Below, piece by piece: positions 17,711-26,855 of a DNA stretch of 64,000 nt. The stretch's first letter is position 1. Every line of letters begins with the position of its first letter. The DNA is from an uncultured Rhodanobacter sp. (lineage in GTDB: Bacteria > Pseudomonadota > Gammaproteobacteria > Xanthomonadales > Rhodanobacteraceae). The stretch is from the NCBI GenBank assembly GCA_964489055.1, contig CAZAXF010000003.1:11087-75086 (forward strand), written 5' to 3'. Made by a program: the position numbers and the translations under genes. The notes beneath the pieces are model-generated. The model was not told the DNA's origin. It searched no databases and worked only from the letters and a program-made list of their open reading frames with translations.

Positions 17711-19291
17711 TCATGGCGACTTCGCGTTGTCGCCGGGCGCGATCTTCACCACCACGAGGCCCTGCGGCGGCACGCTGAGCGCGAGTTTCCCGTCGTGCAC
17801 GGCGAACTGCTGCGTCGCCGCCGGCTGGCCGGCCGCGCGCAACTGCGCGATCTGGCTGCGGCTGGGGAAGGCCGGTCGACCCATCCTGTCGTAAAGGGCG
17901 ATCACGTTGCCGTGGGTTGCATCCAGTCGCCACACGGTGGCGGTGGCCGATCCGTCGAGGTGGGCGATTCTCACCTTGAAGTCCTTCGTCGCACCTTCGG
18001 GCGCGCCCGGGGTATAGGTCGACCCGTGGGCGACCGGCGGCGCGTAGTTCCACAGCGCCAGCACCAGCGCGCCATCGGTGTTGCGCGTGGCCAGCGCGCT
18101 GTCCGAATCCAGCGGCAGGCGGGTGTGCCCGAGCCGGTGCAGCATCGCGAAGGCATTGAAGGACGGTTTGGGGATGCGGTACTCGGCGATCAGGCCGAAT
18201 CCGCCGTAGAACGGGGTCCTGGGCACGCCCTGTTCCTCGAACACGTCCGAGAACGTCCAGTAGCTCATCATTGCCACCTTGCCCGCGCAGGCGCGGATGT
18301 TGTTGGCCATCCACGGCCCCATGAACACGGTGTCGGTGACGTTCGGCAGGTTTGCGTAGGACGCGTTGTACTCGCTGAAGACCAGCGGCAGCTTCGGGTA
18401 CGGCGAGGCGAGGATCTGCTTGTGGACCTTGTCGACGGCGCGGCAGACCATGTCCCTGCGCGAGATGTGTTCGTCGGTGTGGAACACGTTCTCGGCGGTG
18501 TCGTCGCCGTACACGTGGGTGCTGACGAAATCGACCGGCACGTGGTTCTCGTGCACGTGCGCGAGGAAGGCCGGAATCCATGCAGCCTGGGCCGTGGCCG
18601 GGCCGCCCACGCGGATGCGCGGGCTGACCGACTTCAGCGCGCGCACGGTGTGGTCGTACAGCTTGAAGTAGGTCGCCTGCGCGGGCTTGCCGCCCCAGAA
18701 GTCGATGTTGGGCTCGTTCCAGACCTCGAAGTACCAGCTCGCGACCTCGTCGATGCCGTAGCGATCGACCAGGTGCTTCGCGAAGGCGCGGATCATCGCG
18801 TCCCACTCGGCGTAGTCCTTCGGTGGCATCACGTTGGGGTGGTACCAGAAGCTGTGGTGCTGCGAGGGATCCGAACTCATCGCCAGCGGCATGAAGCTCA
18901 GCTCCACGAAGGGCTTCACGCCCGCGGCCAGCAGGCCGTCGTAGATCTGGTCCACGTAGGAAAAGTTGTAGTGGATCTTTCCGTCCTTGCCGCGCTCGGC
19001 CAGGCCCACGTCGCGGTCGAAGATGCCGTGGAAGCGCACGTATTTGAATCCCGTGGCCTGGTGCACGGTATCGAGATCCTTGCGGTAGTCGTCGCGCAGC
19101 GCCAGCACCGCGCGGCCCGAGCCGAACATCTGCTCCCAGAAGTGCGGGAACGGCGTGCCCCTGGCCCCGGCGTCCAGCGTGACGTGCACGGTCTGCGCGG
19201 GCGGCGCGGCCAGCGCGATGCCGCCGGTCGCCAGCAGCGCGAATGCCGCCAGGCCCAATGCAAGATGACGAATACCCTCAAGGCGTTTCAT
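17711..19291 (-). CDS. GH39-like glycosidase (beta-xylosidase family)
   Basis: Start at MKRLEGIRHLALGL (ATG 19291) with a signal peptide. FKYVRFHGIF and YFEVWNEPN (clan GH-A acid/base) are present. 526 aa. The ORF track extends to 19876. Confidence 0.88.
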   Translation of the reverse strand: MKRLEGIRHLALGLAAFALLATGGIALAAPPAQTVHVTLDAGARGTPFPHFWEQMFGSGRAVLALRDDYRKDLDTVHQATGFKYVRFHGIFDRDVGLAERGKDGKIHYNFSYVDQIYDGLLAAGVKPFVELSFMPLAMSSDPSQHHSFWYHPNVMPPKDYAEWDAMIRAFAKHLVDRYGIDEVASWYFEVWNEPNIDFWGGKPAQATYFKLYDHTVRALKSVSPRIRVGGPATAQAAWIPAFLAHVHENHVPVDFVSTHVYGDDTAENVFHTDEHISRRDMVCRAVDKVHKQILASPYPKLPLVFSEYNASYANLPNVTDTVFMGPWMANNIRACAGKVAMMSYWTFSDVFEEQGVPRTPFYGGFGLIAEYRIPKPSFNAFAMLHRLGHTRLPLDSDSALATRNTDGALVLALWNYAPPVAHGSTYTPGAPEGATKDFKVRIAHLDGSATATVWRLDATHGNVIALYDRMGRPAFPSRSQIAQLRAAGQPAATQQFAVHDGKLALSVPPQGLVVVKIAPGDNAKSP

Positions 19292-19391
19292 GGCAACTCC
19301 CCGCTCGCTGGGGCTTTCATCCGCGCCGCGACCGCAGGGCCGGAACCCGGTGACGGCAGGCGCCGGAGTGCGTGGGCTGGACACGGGCCGA

Positions 19392-19405
19392 TGAAAGCGT
19401 TTACA
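19392..19405. promoter_or_regulatory. LacI-family operator in the divergent GH39 / MFS promoter region
   Basis: TGAAAGCGTTTACA. Its reverse complement GAATGTAAACGCTTTCA differs by one base from the other two sites. Confidence 0.6.
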
Positions 19406-19502
19406 TTCGGCCCCGAGTCTCGCCGATTCGCGCCTGCACGTCCAGTGGGGTATCGAAGGAACGTGCAGGCGACCGGTTGCGGCGCCAGGATGCTGGGGAG
19501 TC

Positions 19503-20933
19503 TTGTTGGTGAAACCTGCCTCGAACATGCCCGACGACCGTTCCGGACGCGCCAGTCTGCGCGTGATCCTCATCGCCGCCGCCGCCGCGCTGGGCGGTTT
19601 CCTGTTCGGCTTCGACACCGCGGTCATCAACGGCGCGGTGGATGCGCTCGGGCAGGCGTTCGACCTGGGACCGGTGGTGAAGGGCTTCGCGGTGTCCCTG
19701 GCGCTGCTCGGCTCGGCGCTGGGTGCCTGGTATGCCGGCGCGCTGGCGGACCGTTTCGGCCGGGTGCGCACCATGCAGGTCGCGGCGGTGCTGCTGGCCG
19801 CCGGCGCGGTCGGCGCCGGGTTTGCCGGATCGGTGGAATGGCTGATCCTGTGGCGCATCGTGGCCGGCATCGGCATCGGCGTGGCCTCGGTGGTGGCGCC
19901 GGCCTACATCGCCGAGGTCTCGCCGGCCTGGATCCGCGGCCGGCTGGGTTCGATGCAACAGCTTGCGATCGTGCTCGGCATCTTCGCCGCGCTGCTGAGC
20001 GATGCCTGGTTGGCCCACGCCGCGGGCGGCGCCAGCCAGCCGCTGTGGCTGGGGGTGGCATCGTGGCGCTGGATGTTCGTGGTCGGGGTGATCCCGGCGG
20101 CGATCTACGGCGGCCTGGCGCTGACCGTGCCCGAATCGCCGCGCCACCTGGTGGCGCGCGGGCGAAGCGAGGAGGCCCTGGCCGTGCTGCGGCGGGTGCT
20201 GGACCTGGACTCCGAATCCGCCCTGCGCGGCAAGTTGGCCGACATCGAGGTCAGCCTCAAGCGCGAGCACAAGCCGCGCTGGGGCGATCTCGTCGGCGGC
20301 CGCGGCGGGCTGCTGCCGATCGTGTGGGTGGGCATCATCCTGTCGGTGTTCCAGCAGTTCGTCGGCATCAACGTGATCTTCTACTACTCCACGATGCTGT
20401 GGCACTCGGTGGGCTTCAGCGAGGCCGATTCGTTCACGCTCACGGTGATCACCTCGATCGTGAACGTGGTGGTGACACTGGTGGCGATCGCGCTGGTGGA
20501 CAAGGTCGGGCGCAAGCCATTGCTGTTGACCGGATCGGCCGGCATGGCGATCACCCTGGCGCTGATGGCGTGGTGTTTCTCGCAGGCCACCGGCAGCGGC
20601 GCCAACATCAGCCTGCCCGCACCATGGGGCGTCACCGCACTGGCTGCGGCCAATGCCTACGTGGTGTTCTTCGGCGTGAGCTGGGGGCCGGTTGTGTGGG
20701 TGCTGCTGGGCGAGATGTTTCCCAACCGCATCCGCGCGATGGCGCTGGCGGTGGCGGCCGCGGCGCAATGGCTGGCCAACTTCGCGATCACCAGCACCTT
20801 CCCGGTGATGGCGCAGTTCAGCCTGCCGTTCTCCTACGGCGTGTACGCGTTGTTCGCGACCCTGTCGCTGCTGTTCGTGTGGCGGTTCGTGCGCGAAACC
20901 CGCGGGGTGGAGCTGGAGGACATGCCCGGGTAG
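19503..20933 (+). CDS. MFS sugar porter (glucose/galactose/xylose-H+ symporter family)
   Basis: 476 aa with 12 TM segments and the motifs GFDTAVINGA, LADRFGRVRTM, PESPRHL and VRETRGVELE. Confidence 0.92.
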   Translation: MLVKPASNMPDDRSGRASLRVILIAAAAALGGFLFGFDTAVINGAVDALGQAFDLGPVVKGFAVSLALLGSALGAWYAGALADRFGRVRTMQVAAVLLAAGAVGAGFAGSVEWLILWRIVAGIGIGVASVVAPAYIAEVSPAWIRGRLGSMQQLAIVLGIFAALLSDAWLAHAAGGASQPLWLGVASWRWMFVVGVIPAAIYGGLALTVPESPRHLVARGRSEEALAVLRRVLDLDSESALRGKLADIEVSLKREHKPRWGDLVGGRGGLLPIVWVGIILSVFQQFVGINVIFYYSTMLWHSVGFSEADSFTLTVITSIVNVVVTLVAIALVDKVGRKPLLLTGSAGMAITLALMAWCFSQATGSGANISLPAPWGVTALAAANAYVVFFGVSWGPVVWVLLGEMFPNRIRAMALAVAAAAQWLANFAITSTFPVMAQFSLPFSYGVYALFATLSLLFVWRFVRETRGVELEDMPG

Positions 20934-20938
20934 GCGCC

Positions 20939-23293
20939 ATGGTGCTGTCGCTGCCGAACGGATCGCCAAGGGCGCGCGGCCATGGTCGCCGTGGTCCGTC
21001 GGTGCGCGGGTTCGCCGTGCGGACCATCGTTGCTGGTTTCGCGCTGGCCACGGCGCTGTCCGCATTGGCAATGCCGGCATTGGCCGCTGCTTCCGGCGCG
21101 ACGACGACCGCGCCTGCGCATGACGAGGCGGCGATGCACGCGTTCGTCGATCACCTGATGCAGCGGATGACGCTGGAGGAAAAGATCGGCCAGCTCACGA
21201 TCGTCGGCAGTGGCCTGTCGCAGGACCAACTCGAACGCTGGATCCGGGAAGGCCGCGTCGGTGGCACCAACGGGGTGCTGCAGCAGGCCGACGTGCTGGC
21301 CTACACGCGCCACATGCAGCAACAGGCGTTGCGCTCGCGCCTCGGCATCCCGCTGTGGTTCATGGGCGATGTTTGCCACGGGTTCCGCACCGTGTTTCCG
21401 GTTCCACTTGCCATGGCCGCGACCTGGGATCCGGCGCTCTACCGCGAGGTGGATCGCGCAGCGGCGGTCGAGGCCACTGCGGCGGGCGTGGACTGGTCGT
21501 TCTGCCCGATGGTCGACATCAGCCGCGATCCGCGCTGGGGCCGGGTGGTCGAGGGCGCCGGAGAGGATCCGTTTCTCGGCAGCGCCATGGCCGCGGCCCA
21601 GGTCCGGGGCCTGCAGGGCGAGGACCTTGCCGCGCCCGACACCATGATGGCCACCGTCAAGCACTTTGCCGGCTACGGCGCCGCGGAAGCCGGGCGCGAC
21701 TACAACTCGACCTGGATACCGCCGCGCGAATTCCGCGACGTGTACCTTCCCCCGTACCACGCCGCCGTCGACGCCGGTGCCGCGGCGGTGATGCCCTCGC
21801 TGAGCGCGCTGGACTATCTGCCGGCGACCGCCGACCGGCACCTGCTGACCGGCATCCTGCGCGATCAATGGGGCTTCAAGGGTCCCGCGGTTTCCGACTA
21901 CGACGCGATCCCGGACCTCATCCACCATGGCGTGGCGGATTCGCTCACCGACGCGGCGCGCCAGGCGCTCGCGGCCGGCGTCGACATCGACCTGCACAGC
22001 GCGACGTACCTGAAGGAGCTTCCGAACCTGGTGGAAAGCGGCGCGGTGCCCGAGGCGGAAGTCGATGCCGCGGTGCGCCGCGTGCTGGTGGCGAAATACC
22101 GGCTGGGTTTGTTCCAGGATCCGTTCCGCTATGGCGACCGCGCAACGGAGCGGCGCGTGACGCGCTCCGCTGCGCATCTTGCCTTGGCGCGCAAGGCGGC
22201 CCGCGAATCGATGGTGCTGCTGGAAAACCAAAACGGCGTGTTGCCGCTGGCGCGGCGCGGACGCATTGCGGTGATCGGCCCGCTCGCCGATGCGTCGGTG
22301 GCCATGCAAAGCACCATGCCCGCGCTCGGCAGGCCGGCCAACGTGGTGACCATCCTCGAGGGCATCCGCGCCGGGGCCGGGGCCGCGGTGCGGGTCGATT
22401 ACGCCAAGGGAGTCGGCTCCGACGCCGGCAGCGACGACGCGGACATCGCCGCCGCCGTGAAGCTGGCGAAGGCTTCCGATGTCGCCGTACTGGTGCTGGG
22501 CGAGGACCGCGCCATGATCGGCGAGGGCAACAGCGTGGCGCATCTTGGCCTGCCGGGCCACCAGCTTGCGCTTGCCAAAGCCGTCAAGGCCACGGGCACA
22601 CCGATCGTCGTGGTGCTGGTCAACGGGCGGCCGCTGGCGATCCCGTGGCTGGCGGCGCACGCCGACGCGATCCTCGAAGCCTGGAATCCGGGCGACGAGG
22701 GCGGTCCCGCGGTGGCCGACCTGCTGTTCGGCGATCACGATCCATCCGGAAAACTTCCGATCACCTTTCCGCGCTCGGTCGGCCAGGTGCCGATCTACTA
22801 CGCGCACCTTGAAACCGGCCGGCCCTACGATCCCGAGAACCCCGCCTATACGACCCGCTACGTCGACGCACCGAATTCACCCCTGTACCCGTTCGGGTAC
22901 GGACTGGCCTACACGCGCTTCGCGTTCGGTCCGCTGCATCTGGATCGTGACACGCTGGTGCCGGGCGGCAAGCTCGCGGTGCGCGTGCGCGTGCGCAACA
23001 CCGGCAAGCGGCGCGGTACCGAAGTGGTGCAGTTGTACCTGCGCGACCGGGTCGCCGACGTCAGCCGGCCGGTGCGCCAGTTGCGCGGCTTCCGGCGCGT
23101 CACGCTGGCGCCCGGCGAATCGCGGCAGGTGACGTTCACGATCACGCCGTCCATGCTGGCATTCACCCGCCGCGACATGAGTTGGGGCACCGAGCCCGGC
23201 GTCTACGACGTGTACGTGGGCGGCGATTCGACCGCTACCGACCACGCGCGCTTCACGCTGGTCGCGCCGCACGCTGACGGTACGGCGCGCTGA
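20939..23293 (+). CDS. Periplasmic GH3 beta-glucosidase (BglX-like)
   Basis: ATG at 20939, 5 nt after the MFS stop, with a signal peptide ALAMPALAAAS. LEEKIGQL, GFKGPAVSDYDAI (nucleophile region) and a C-terminal Fn3-like domain. It is only the last 785 codons of the 1900-aa ORF-track entry. Confidence 0.93.
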   Translation: MVLSLPNGSPRARGHGRRGPSVRGFAVRTIVAGFALATALSALAMPALAAASGATTTAPAHDEAAMHAFVDHLMQRMTLEEKIGQLTIVGSGLSQDQLERWIREGRVGGTNGVLQQADVLAYTRHMQQQALRSRLGIPLWFMGDVCHGFRTVFPVPLAMAATWDPALYREVDRAAAVEATAAGVDWSFCPMVDISRDPRWGRVVEGAGEDPFLGSAMAAAQVRGLQGEDLAAPDTMMATVKHFAGYGAAEAGRDYNSTWIPPREFRDVYLPPYHAAVDAGAAAVMPSLSALDYLPATADRHLLTGILRDQWGFKGPAVSDYDAIPDLIHHGVADSLTDAARQALAAGVDIDLHSATYLKELPNLVESGAVPEAEVDAAVRRVLVAKYRLGLFQDPFRYGDRATERRVTRSAAHLALARKAARESMVLLENQNGVLPLARRGRIAVIGPLADASVAMQSTMPALGRPANVVTILEGIRAGAGAAVRVDYAKGVGSDAGSDDADIAAAVKLAKASDVAVLVLGEDRAMIGEGNSVAHLGLPGHQLALAKAVKATGTPIVVVLVNGRPLAIPWLAAHADAILEAWNPGDEGGPAVADLLFGDHDPSGKLPITFPRSVGQVPIYYAHLETGRPYDPENPAYTTRYVDAPNSPLYPFGYGLAYTRFAFGPLHLDRDTLVPGGKLAVRVRVRNTGKRRGTEVVQLYLRDRVADVSRPVRQLRGFRRVTLAPGESRQVTFTITPSMLAFTRRDMSWGTEPGVYDVYVGGDSTATDHARFTLVAPHADGTAR

Positions 23294-24472
23294 TCAGCGC
23301 CTCGCGCGCGCTTCCAGCATCGCCACGGCCGGCAGGGTCTTGCCTTCCAGGAATTCCAGGAATGCGCCGCCGCCGGTGGAGATGTAGGAAACCTCATCGG
23401 TGATGCCGTACTTGTCTATGGCGGCCAGGGTGTCGCCGCCGCCGGCGATCGAGAATGCACTTGCATCGGCAATCGCGCGCGCGAGGGTTTCGGTGCCCTT
23501 GCCGAAGGCGTCGAACTCGAACACGCCGACCGGACCGTTCCACACCACCGTGCCGGCCTTGCCGATCATCCCGGCGTAGTGCCTGGCGGTTTCCGGACCG
23601 ATGTCCAGGATCATCTCGTCGTCCTCGACCTGGTCCACCGCCTTGACGGTGGCCGGCGCATCGGCAGCGAACTTTGGCGCCACCACCACGTCGACGGGGA
23701 TGGGAACCTCGGCGCCGCGCGTGGAGGCGGCGCTGATGACGTTGCGTGCGGCGTCCAGCAGCTCGGCTTCGCACAACGACTTCCCGACCTTGTAGCCGGC
23801 CGCCGCGATGAAGGTGTTGGCGATGCCGCCGCCCACGATCAACTGGTCCACCCGTTGCACCAGGTGCTGCAGCAGTTCCAGCTTGGTCGAGACCTTGGAA
23901 CCAGCGACGATTGCCAGCAGCGGCCGCGCCGGAGCCTGCAGCGCCTTGCCGAGCGCATCGAGTTCGGCGGCCAGCAGCGGGCCGGCGCAGGCGGTTCCGG
24001 CGAATTTCGCCACGCCGTGGGTCGATGCCTGCGCGCGATGCGCGGTGCCGAAGGCGTCCATCACGAACACATCGGCCAGCGCGGCGTATTTTTTCGCGAG
24101 CGCCTCGTCGTTGGCCTTCTCGCCGACGTTCATGCGGCAGTTTTCCAGCAGCACCACCTCGCCGGATTCGACGGGGACGCCGTCGAGGTAATCGCGCTCC
24201 AGCCGCACCGTGGTGCCGAGCTGTTCGCCCAGCCAGCGCGCGACCGGCGCCAGGGACTGGGCTTCATCGAACACGCCTTCCTTCGGGCGTCCCAGGTGCG
24301 AGATCACGAGCACCGCCGCGCCGGCGTCGCGCGCGGCGCGGATCGTCGGCAGCGCGGCGTCGAGGCGGCGGGTCGAGGTGATGCGGCCGTCCTGGATGGG
24401 TACGTTGAGGTCCTCGCGGATCAACACCCGCTTGCCCGCGAGGTCGAGGTCGGTCATGCGCAGGAAATTCAT
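23294..24472 (-). CDS. pgk: Phosphoglycerate kinase
   Basis: Start at [25 protein letters not shown] (ATG 24472). HLGRPKEG and [14 protein letters not shown] are present. 392 aa. Confidence 0.97.
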   Translation of the reverse strand: MNFLRMTDLDLAGKRVLIREDLNVPIQDGRITSTRRLDAALPTIRAARDAGAAVLVISHLGRPKEGVFDEAQSLAPVARWLGEQLGTTVRLERDYLDGVPVESGEVVLLENCRMNVGEKANDEALAKKYAALADVFVMDAFGTAHRAQASTHGVAKFAGTACAGPLLAAELDALGKALQAPARPLLAIVAGSKVSTKLELLQHLVQRVDQLIVGGGIANTFIAAAGYKVGKSLCEAELLDAARNVISAASTRGAEVPIPVDVVVAPKFAADAPATVKAVDQVEDDEMILDIGPETARHYAGMIGKAGTVVWNGPVGVFEFDAFGKGTETLARAIADASAFSIAGGGDTLAAIDKYGITDEVSYISTGGGAFLEFLEGKTLPAVAMLEARARR

Positions 24473-24599
24473 GCTCGAGGCTCGCCGTGGAAAGCCGCCA
24501 TTCTCGCCGCCGCCGTGCGGGCGGGCAACGTGCGATTGTCGCGGCGTCGCGATATGGCGTAGCCTTGGCTTCCTGATTCGCGGCGAAGGGGGCATGGCC

Positions 24600-25265
24600 A
24601 TGCAACTCACCCTGTACAGCTACTGGCGTTCCAGCGCGGCGTACCGCGTGCGGATCGCGTTGAACCTCAAGGGTCTGGAGTACGCCATCGAGCCGGTGCA
24701 CCTGGTGCGCGACGGCGGCCAGCAGCACGCCGAAGGCTACCGAAAGCTCAACCCGCAGCAACTGGTGCCGACCCTGCTCGACGGCGAGCGCGTGATGCGG
24801 CAGTCGCTGGCGATCATGGAGTACCTGGACGAAGCCTATCCCGACACACCGCGGCTGTTGCCGCATGACACCCGCGAGCGCGCCCGGGTGCGTGCGCTGG
24901 CGCTGGCGATCGCCTGCGACATCCACCCCGTCGGCAACCTGCGGGTGTTGCAATACCTCACCGGCGAACTTGGCGCCAGCGACGAGCAGAAACAGGCCTG
25001 GTCGCGACACTGGATCGAGGTGGGGTTCGAGGCGCTGGAAGCGTTGCTGGCGCACAGTCCCGAGGTCGGCAGTTTCTGCAGTGGTGATGACCCCTCGCTG
25101 GCCGATTGTTGCCTGGTGCCGCAGGTGTACAACGCCCGCCGCTTCGGCGTGGCGATGGACGCCTATCCCACCATCGCGCGTATCGACGCCGCCTGTGCCG
25201 AACGGGATGCGTTCAAGCGCGCTGCGCCCGAAGCCCAACCCGACGCGCCGGCCGCCAAGGCGTAG
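24600..25265 (+). CDS. maiA: Maleylacetoacetate isomerase (GST zeta)
   Basis: [25 protein letters not shown] (zeta-class SSxxxRVRIAL motif). 221 aa. An alternative ATG lies at 24594. Confidence 0.9.
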   Translation: MQLTLYSYWRSSAAYRVRIALNLKGLEYAIEPVHLVRDGGQQHAEGYRKLNPQQLVPTLLDGERVMRQSLAIMEYLDEAYPDTPRLLPHDTRERARVRALALAIACDIHPVGNLRVLQYLTGELGASDEQKQAWSRHWIEVGFEALEALLAHSPEVGSFCSGDDPSLADCCLVPQVYNARRFGVAMDAYPTIARIDAACAERDAFKRAAPEAQPDAPAAKA

Positions 25266-25283
25266 GGCGGTTGCGTCGTTGGC

Positions 25284-25414
25284 TTCCCCCTTCGCTTGCG
25301 AAGGGGGATTGAGGGGGATGGCTTTCCGCCGCCGGTACATCCCCCCGGCGCTTTGCGCCGACCCCCTTCGCCCCGAAGGGGGTGATTGGCTCCCCCTTCA
25401 TCCCGAGGGGCCGG
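25284..25414. repeat. Cluster of GC-hairpin repeats (type A 25284-25325, type B 25358-25389, plus a third imperfect hairpin)
   Basis: TCCCCCTTCGCTTGCGAAGGGGGATTGAGGGGGATGGCTTT and CGACCCCCTTCGCCCCGAAGGGGGTGATTGGC. These are the same families as 4775-4875 but in the order A-B instead of B-A. Confidence 0.85.
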
Positions 25415-25417
25415 GAG

Positions 25418-26767
25418 TCAGGAAAGTGTACTCTGACCCCGGTTTTCGGGGGCTGCCTCGGGGAGGCGCCAGGACCAGAAGGTGCCGGCGCTGCCCATCA
25501 ATCCCAGCAGGACCAGCGCCCACACGGTGCCAGCCAGTGCCACCGCGGCGCTGATCGCCCCGGTCGTCAGCAGCAGCACGCCGATGACGGTGTTGCTGAC
25601 GGCGGTGTAGTCGGTGCGCTTGTTGCCGCCGGCTATGTCCACGAGGTAGGTCTTGCGGCCGATGCGCACGCCGGAGTGGGCAACCGCCAGCACGAAGAAC
25701 GCGACCGGATAGGCCCAAGTGCCGCCGTGCCAGGACGGGTGGCCGAGCGCCCAGGCGGCCACCCCCAGGCAGGTGAGCGAGGCCAGGCCGCCGCCGTACA
25801 TCATCACCCGGCGGCTGGAGGTGTCGGCCAGGAAACCCCAGACGCTGGCGCTGACGGCGCTGGCCAGGCTGGATGCGGCGATGAACGCGCCCAGCAGCAG
25901 TGCGGCGCCGTGCGCGTCGCGCTGGGCCAGCATCACGATGAAGGGCGAACCCAGCGCCGAGGCCATCAGCAGCGCGCGCGCCACCACGAAGTTGCGGAAC
26001 GGCACGTCGCGCCGCAGCAGCCCGAGCCCGCGCCACGCCGCGGCCAGCGCGTTGCCGCCGCCGGCGGTTTCGCCGGCGAATTCCTGGATCCGGGCGAACA
26101 CCACCGCGGCCACGAACCAGCATGCCCCCGCCGCCACCAGCAGCAGCGTGTAGAAACGCACGCCGGGTTCGCTGCCGTCGCCGAGCAGCAGCAGCGCCGC
26201 CACGAACGTGACCAGTCCCGACACGGTGGCCGAAAGGCCGGCCAGCCGCCCGCGCCGCGCGCGTGGCACGGTCTTGCCCTGCACGTCCTTCATGGCCACC
26301 GAGCACAACCCCCGGCTGAGGCTGAACATGGCCAGCAACACCACCAGCAGCGCGCCGGCCGCGGCCCCGGTCGCAAGCCACACCGTGGCCGCCATGCCCA
26401 GCACCGCCAGTCCCTGCAGCACCGCGCCGAGTACCCAGAAACCCTTGCGGTGCGGGTAGTGGCGTACCCAGGCGCCGATCGCGAGCTGCGGGATCATCGA
26501 GCCCGATTCGCGGATCGGCACCAGGATGCCGGCCAACGCCGGTGGCGCCCCGACCGCGACCACCAGCCACGCCAGCACTGTCTTGGGATTGATCAGCAGG
26601 TCCCCGATCTTGGTCAGGACACTGGCCAGGATGATGCGGAAGAAATTGCCCGGCACCTCGCGACACGCGGCATCGCTGATGTCGGTGCACACGCGCGCGT
26701 CTTCCTCGTTCGCGACCAGTGCGTACAGGTGATCGACCGGCGTGACTTTGCGCATGGCGCGGTCCAT
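25418..26767 (-). CDS. MFS transporter, substrate unknown
   Basis: Start at MDRAMRKV (26767) or MRKV (26755). It has about 12 hydrophobic segments. Confidence 0.8.
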   Translation of the reverse strand: MDRAMRKVTPVDHLYALVANEEDARVCTDISDAACREVPGNFFRIILASVLTKIGDLLINPKTVLAWLVVAVGAPPALAGILVPIRESGSMIPQLAIGAWVRHYPHRKGFWVLGAVLQGLAVLGMAATVWLATGAAAGALLVVLLAMFSLSRGLCSVAMKDVQGKTVPRARRGRLAGLSATVSGLVTFVAALLLLGDGSEPGVRFYTLLLVAAGACWFVAAVVFARIQEFAGETAGGGNALAAAWRGLGLLRRDVPFRNFVVARALLMASALGSPFIVMLAQRDAHGAALLLGAFIAASSLASAVSASVWGFLADTSSRRVMMYGGGLASLTCLGVAAWALGHPSWHGGTWAYPVAFFVLAVAHSGVRIGRKTYLVDIAGGNKRTDYTAVSNTVIGVLLLTTGAISAAVALAGTVWALVLLGLMGSAGTFWSWRLPEAAPENRGQSTLS

Positions 26768-26823
26768 CCCGGAAACGGAGCGTGATCGTGGCGCCGGCGA
26801 ACCTGCAGCCGGCGCGTTGCAGG

Positions 26824-26841
26824 CCGCCCCGCGCGGGGCGG
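26824..26841 (-). terminator. GC-rich palindrome downstream of pckG
   Basis: CCGCCCCGC/GCGGGGCGG lies 15 nt after the pckG stop. There is no clear U-tract. Confidence 0.35.
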
Positions 26842-26855
26842 GCGGCAAGGTCTGG

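Noticed and set aside
17591-23293. 1900-aa ORF on the + strand.
   Set aside because: Only the last 785 codons (from 20939) are the GH3 gene. The upstream part is a stop-free antisense or out-of-frame shadow over the six-hairpin, GH39 and MFS genes, which is typical of high-GC DNA.
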